Assembly (NCBI GenBank): GCA_951406725.2
Contig: OX597834.1
Coordinates: 31,372,001-31,436,000, forward strand
Length of the DNA stretch: 64,000 nucleotides
Direction: 5' to 3'
Origin: Octopus vulgaris
Lineage: Eukaryota
Each line of letters begins with the position of its first letter. Position 1 is the stretch's first letter. This document shows positions 59,011 through 64,000 of this stretch, piece after piece. The notes below the pieces were generated by a model, which was not told where the DNA came from, did no database searches, and was given only the letters and a program-made list of their open reading frames with translations. Made by a program: the position numbers and the translations under genes.

Positions 59011-60526
59011 CCTCTCTCTCAACCTTTTTCTTCATCTCTCTCCCTCCCTCTCTCAACGCATCTCTCTATCATTCTTACTTCCTCACTTCCTTCTCTCTCG
59101 TCCCACCTTACCCTACCCTCCACACTCTGCTCCTCTACACTCCGCTCCGCTCCGCCACCTTGCTGTGTTACAAAAATCTCCTTCAGCATCCTGTTGGACA
59201 AATGAACAAACGAGATGGAAAGATGGGTGGATGGAGGGGTCCAAGGAAGCTGGGAAGGAGGCTGTATCATGGAAGAATGGACGGATGTGTAAAGGTGGGG
59301 TCCTTTAGATGGCAGCAATGATGGTAGTGATGATGGTGGTGGTGGTGGTGGTGGTGGTGGTGGTGGTGGTGGTGGTGATGATAGTGGTGATGGTGATGGT
59401 TGTTGTGGCGGTGAAGATGATAGTAATATCTGGTGGTAGTGATGGTAGTGATGACGGTGGTGGTGGTAACAATCGTAGTGGTTGTGGTGATGATGGTGAT
59501 GGTGATGGTTGTTGTGGTGGTGAAGATGATAGTAATATCTGGTGGTAGTGATGGTAGTGATGATGATGGTGGTGGTGGTAACGATCGTAGTGGTTGTGGT
59601 GATGAAGGTGATGGTGATGGTGGCCATGGTGGTGGTGGTGATGGTAGTGCTGTGACGTGATAGTGGAGGTGATGATGATGGTGGTGATGGTGCCGGCAGC
59701 AGTGGCTATGGTGGTGGCCGTGGTGATGGTGGTAGTAGTGGTGATAAAGATGATGATGATGATGCTGAAGGCGATGAGGAATGGTTTGTGGGTTCCTGTA
59801 TGAGAATATGTGTGTATCTGTGTACATGTGTGTATGAGAGTATGTGTATATGAATGTGTATGTATGTGTGTGTGTGCGTGTTTCAGAAGGAATCAGTATG
59901 TGTGACTGTGAGTTTCGTACGCTTGTGTGTACGCATATGTGCGTAAATGTATGTGTATATGTATGTGTGTATAATTGAGTGTTGCTCTGTGTATGTTGCA
60001 GTGTATATATGTGTTTTTTGTGTGGGTGTCTGTATGGATCAATATATGTGTCTATGTGTGTTAGCAAGTGTATATATGAGTGTGTGCATGTGTGTGTGTC
60101 TGTGTGTGACTATGTGTTTTTCAGCATATACGTATGTGTATATGTTAGTGTCTATGTGTGTTCATGTGTGTATGCATGTGTCTATGTGTGTATGTGTGTA
60201 TACATGTGCCTGTGTGTGTGTGTTTTTGCGTCTGTGTTGGTGATGGGAATAGTTTGTACATGGGTATGTGTGTGTATTTGTCAGTGTGTATGCATGTGTG
60301 TATATGCACATGTGTTAATGTTTGTATATATGTGTATCTATATGTGTATTGGTGTGTGTGTGTGTGTGTGTGTGAGACTGTTATTGTCAATGTATGTATG
60401 TGTGTACGAGTATATATCTCTATGATGTGTATGTACATGTGAGCGTGTATATGCATGATGTGTATGTTTGTAGATGTATGAGTATGTATGTGTATATATG
60501 TGTGTATGCATGTGTGTATGCATGTG

Positions 60527-60566
<40 letters not shown>

Positions 60567-60678
60567 TGTGTGTGTGTCTATATGTAAACAAGCATTAATC
60601 GGTCGGAAGCGCCAACAAAAATACTGTTTGTTTTTCTTTCTTCATCTGTAATGAAGGAAAATGGTTTCTTTCTGCAAA

Positions 60679-60719
<41 letters not shown>

Positions 60720-60788
60720 ATACACACACACACTCACACACATATACACTCACATCTACACATACTCACACAGGTTTCTCACATGTAC

Positions 60789-60821
<33 letters not shown>

Positions 60822-60849
60822 CATACGCACAAATACAGATATGTGTATG

Positions 60850-60912
<63 letters not shown>

Positions 60913-62170
60913 AGAGAGAGAGAGATAACATTGACTGCTCCACATAGAGAAAGAGAGACAGAAGACATAGAGTGAAAGAAAAAAGAAAGAAAAGAAGGAA
61001 GATAGTAACATTGTATGTTTGCATTGTAATGAAGTCAAAAGAGAAGAAAGCTAGAGAGAGAGATACAGAGAGAGACAGAGAGGGAGAGAGAGTGAAACAG
61101 TGAAATGCAATAAAAGAAGAGAGAGAGGAGTGAGACTGAGACAGAGAGGGAGAGAGAGTGAAACAGTGAAATGCAATAAAAGAAGAGAGAGAGGAGTGAG
61201 ATTGAGAAATGCAAGTGAGAGAGAGAGAGAGAGAGACAAAGAAATGGATAGAGGCAGAGAGAGAGAGAGAGATTGATCGAAAGGGAGGGAAAGAGAGATT
61301 AAAGGCAGTGGCCCTTGAAAGATGTGACAGAAGATAGTGGGGAGTGTGGGCGGGCGGGTGGAAGGGGAGGCGGAATGTGGCACAAAAATAATATTGCAAC
61401 CAGAAGAGCTTTGACTGCAATGTGAAGGTGCAGCCGAGATCAATACAAGGACTGCCACCCACACCCACACACTCTGTCCCCGTACCACTACCCTTCCACC
61501 CCAACCTCCTTCTCCTGCTTCTCTCTTTCTCTCTCTCTCTCTCTCTCGCTCCCTCTGTCTTGACATCCTTTGCCATCCACTGCTCCCAGTTTTGTTGACA
61601 TTGCTATAGCAATGATTATGATGATGGTGGTGGTGGTGACGACGGTGAAAATAATGTGGAGGATGATGCTGATGCTGATGGCAATGGTAGTGATGATGAT
61701 GATGATGACGACAGTGAAAATGATGTTGATGAAGATGATGATGATGATGAGGGCAATGATGAAGAAGATGATGGTGGCAGTGGTGATGGTGGTGGTGACG
61801 ATGATGATGATGTGGATGGTCATCTTGATAAGGAAGATGATGATGTTGATGACAACAACAATGTAGGTGGTAGCTGTGGCACTGGTTGCCTTCGTCACCG
61901 TCATCATCATCATCATCATCATCATCATCACCATCTCCACCATCACCATCATTGTCCTCAACTTCCTCCTGTTCCTCCTCTTCATCATCATCATCATCAT
62001 AAAAATGATGGTGGTTGTGGTGGCAGTGGTGATGATGATGATGATCATAATGATGGTAATGATGATGATGATGATGAATGACTGTGGTGATGGAGATGAT
62101 ACTAATAAATATTGAAGATGATTATGGTTGTGATGACAATAATGATAATAGCAATGACGATGTTGACAAG
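58140..62170. repeat. Microsatellite/low-complexity field with small block duplications (59386-59620; 61072-61201)
   Basis: Directly visible; GTGAAACAGTGAAATGCAATAAAAGAAGAGAGAGGAGTGAGA occurs twice. Confidence 0.9.
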
Positions 62171-62618
62171 TAGGAAATGGCTGTTCTTTTTTATCCTTTC
62201 GCTGCCAAAATCGATCCATATATCATGAAAAGTTTGAGAATTGAATCATTGGATTCCTTCCCCCCCACATTACCACTCTCACTGTTGCTATCCATCAATG
62301 GGTGACAACCTCCACCATTTCACCCTTCTTCTCCTCCTTGTTGACCTGTAGACAAGACCAGGTCAGGCCCAACTCCAATTTGGGAGTTGAACTAAAAGTC
62401 AAAACTTGAACTCAAAAGCTGGGCTGAGCACTCACTTGAGGACAAGGGAACACTCTTCACTTTTACAGTGCTACCACTGTCTACAACTCCAGATTGTTCT
62501 GTCCTATTCATTTGTGATTCCTGTTTACAGCTACATAGACTGAGCCATTTCAGATTTATCTCTTTCGTTTGTTACTCTATTTTTAATGAATCTCCTTATG
62601 AAATGCTGGATACCCATG

Positions 62619-63035
62619 TAGGCGCAGGAGTGGCTGTGTGGTAAGTAGCTTGCTAACCAACCACATGGTTCCGGGTTCAGTCCCACTGTGTGGCATCTTG
62701 GGCAAGTGTCTTCTGCTATAGCCCCGGGCCGACCAAAGCCTTGTGAGTGGATTTGGTAGACGGAAACTGAAAGAAGCCTGTCGTATATATGTATATATAT
62801 ATATAAGTGTGTGTGTATATGTTTGTGTGTCTGTGTTTGTCCCCCTAGCATTGCTTGACAACCGATGCTGGTGTGTTTATGTCCCCGTTACTTAGCGGTT
62901 CAGCAAAAGAGACCGATAGAATAAGTACTGGGCTTACAAAAAGAATAAGTTCCGGGGTCGAGTTGCTTGATTAAAGGCGGTGCTCCAGCATGGCCGCAGT
63001 CAAATGACTGAAACAAGTAAAAGAGTAAAAGAGTA
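62619..63035 (+). mobile_element. SINE-A reference copy: tRNA head, CORE-like block, internal (TA)n(TG)n, LINE-derived tail
   Basis: A box TGGCTGTGTGG, B box GGTTCAGTCCC, TGTGGCATCTTGGGCAAGTGTCTT (MIR CORE-like), tail GGCGGTGCTCCAGCATGGCCGCAG..(GTAAAAGA)n. Confidence 0.93.
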
Positions 63036-64000
63036 TCTTCTTTACAATAAGCTACCTGTGCTTGTTCCGCTATCACAGTTCAGCGTCTCAATATTTGGCA
63101 TAAATTCACCTCATCCCCTCGAATACTACTCCCCCCTCCACCCCCCTCATCGCTTAGGTCGATCAGAGCTTTTCTGTTTCTTGTTTCCTGATCTTTTCTT
63201 ATCTTGTAAGTTACTTGTGGCTTTGCTAATGTTGGTGACAAGGGTGGGTGGAAAAAAGCACCCAGTAATACTCTTCAAAGTGGTTGGCATTTGGAAGGGT
63301 GTCGAGCTGTAGGAGCCGCACCAAAAGCAGAAGTTGGGGGGCCTGGCACAGTTCTGCGGCTCAAAGGACACTGTCAGACTGTCTAAACCCATGCCAGCTT
63401 GGTAAACAGATATCAAATGATGACAACGATGACGATGATGAGGATGATGATGATGATGAGCTTGATGATGATGAACATGATGATGATGATGATGATGATG
63501 ATGAAAATGATGATGAGTTTGATGATGATGTTAATGATGATGATGGTGGTGGTGATGGTGGTGGTGGTGGTGGTAGTGGTAGTAATGATGATGATGAGGA
63601 AGAGGGGGAGGATTTTTGATATTGTTGATGACAATGAGCATAATGTTTGATGACAGTAATAATGATAGTCTCAATGATGATGATGATGATGATGATGATG
63701 ACGATGATGATGATGATGATGACGATGATGATGATGATGATGACGATGATGATGATGATGATAATGACTGCCTATATATTTCAATTAATTAACAATGTAA
63801 TCCAAGATGTTGGAGGATGTTTAGCAAAATATCTGTTCGCAGAGAAGTTTATCTCGTTAACTTACATTGTAATTATTTGTTTATTTTTCTTGCTGTTGTT
63901 GTTGTTGTTGTTGTTTTTTAGCCCCAGGTCGGCCCTGATGCAACAAGTGATCTAGATATGATCAAATGCATTTCAGCTGTGACTACACCAAGCAGACATA

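Overview
Eukaryotic, AT-rich, extremely microsatellite- and transposon-dense DNA. The repeat families point to an octopus (cephalopod) genome; this is inferred from pattern recognition, not from a search. Almost all ORFs in the supplied track are translations of (TA)n, (CA)n, (TATC)n, (TACA)n, (GGT)n and (CAT)n repeats. One convincing host coding exon is present: a 72-codon ATG-initiated exon at 32706-32921 ending at a GTAAGT donor inside a CpG-rich island, followed by what looks like a >31 kb intron. I cannot name the gene. The rest is: about 20 copies of a tRNA-headed SINE with an internal microsatellite (SINE-A); about 11 copies of a VNTR-bearing RTE-tailed retroposon (SINE-B); two further tRNA SINE families; decayed CR1-group, RTE, R4/Dong and Tx1-like LINEs; DD34D, DD37D and DD41D Tc1/mariner relics; and hAT, piggyBac, Tigger and Helentron-type MITEs. 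The most interesting signal is missed by the ORF track: a Penelope-like element (PLE)/hammerhead ribozyme complex. It comprises two different decayed GIY-YIG PLE ends (5.6 kb, 17 kb) and five type I hammerhead motifs, one fully canonical (4207-4295, minus strand) and one fused behind a tRNA-like Pol III head (40.3-40.6 kb). A perfect 83-bp palindrome in a (TA)n-flanked insert may belong to the same system. Family names A-E are my own labels. Boundaries of decayed repeats are approximate.
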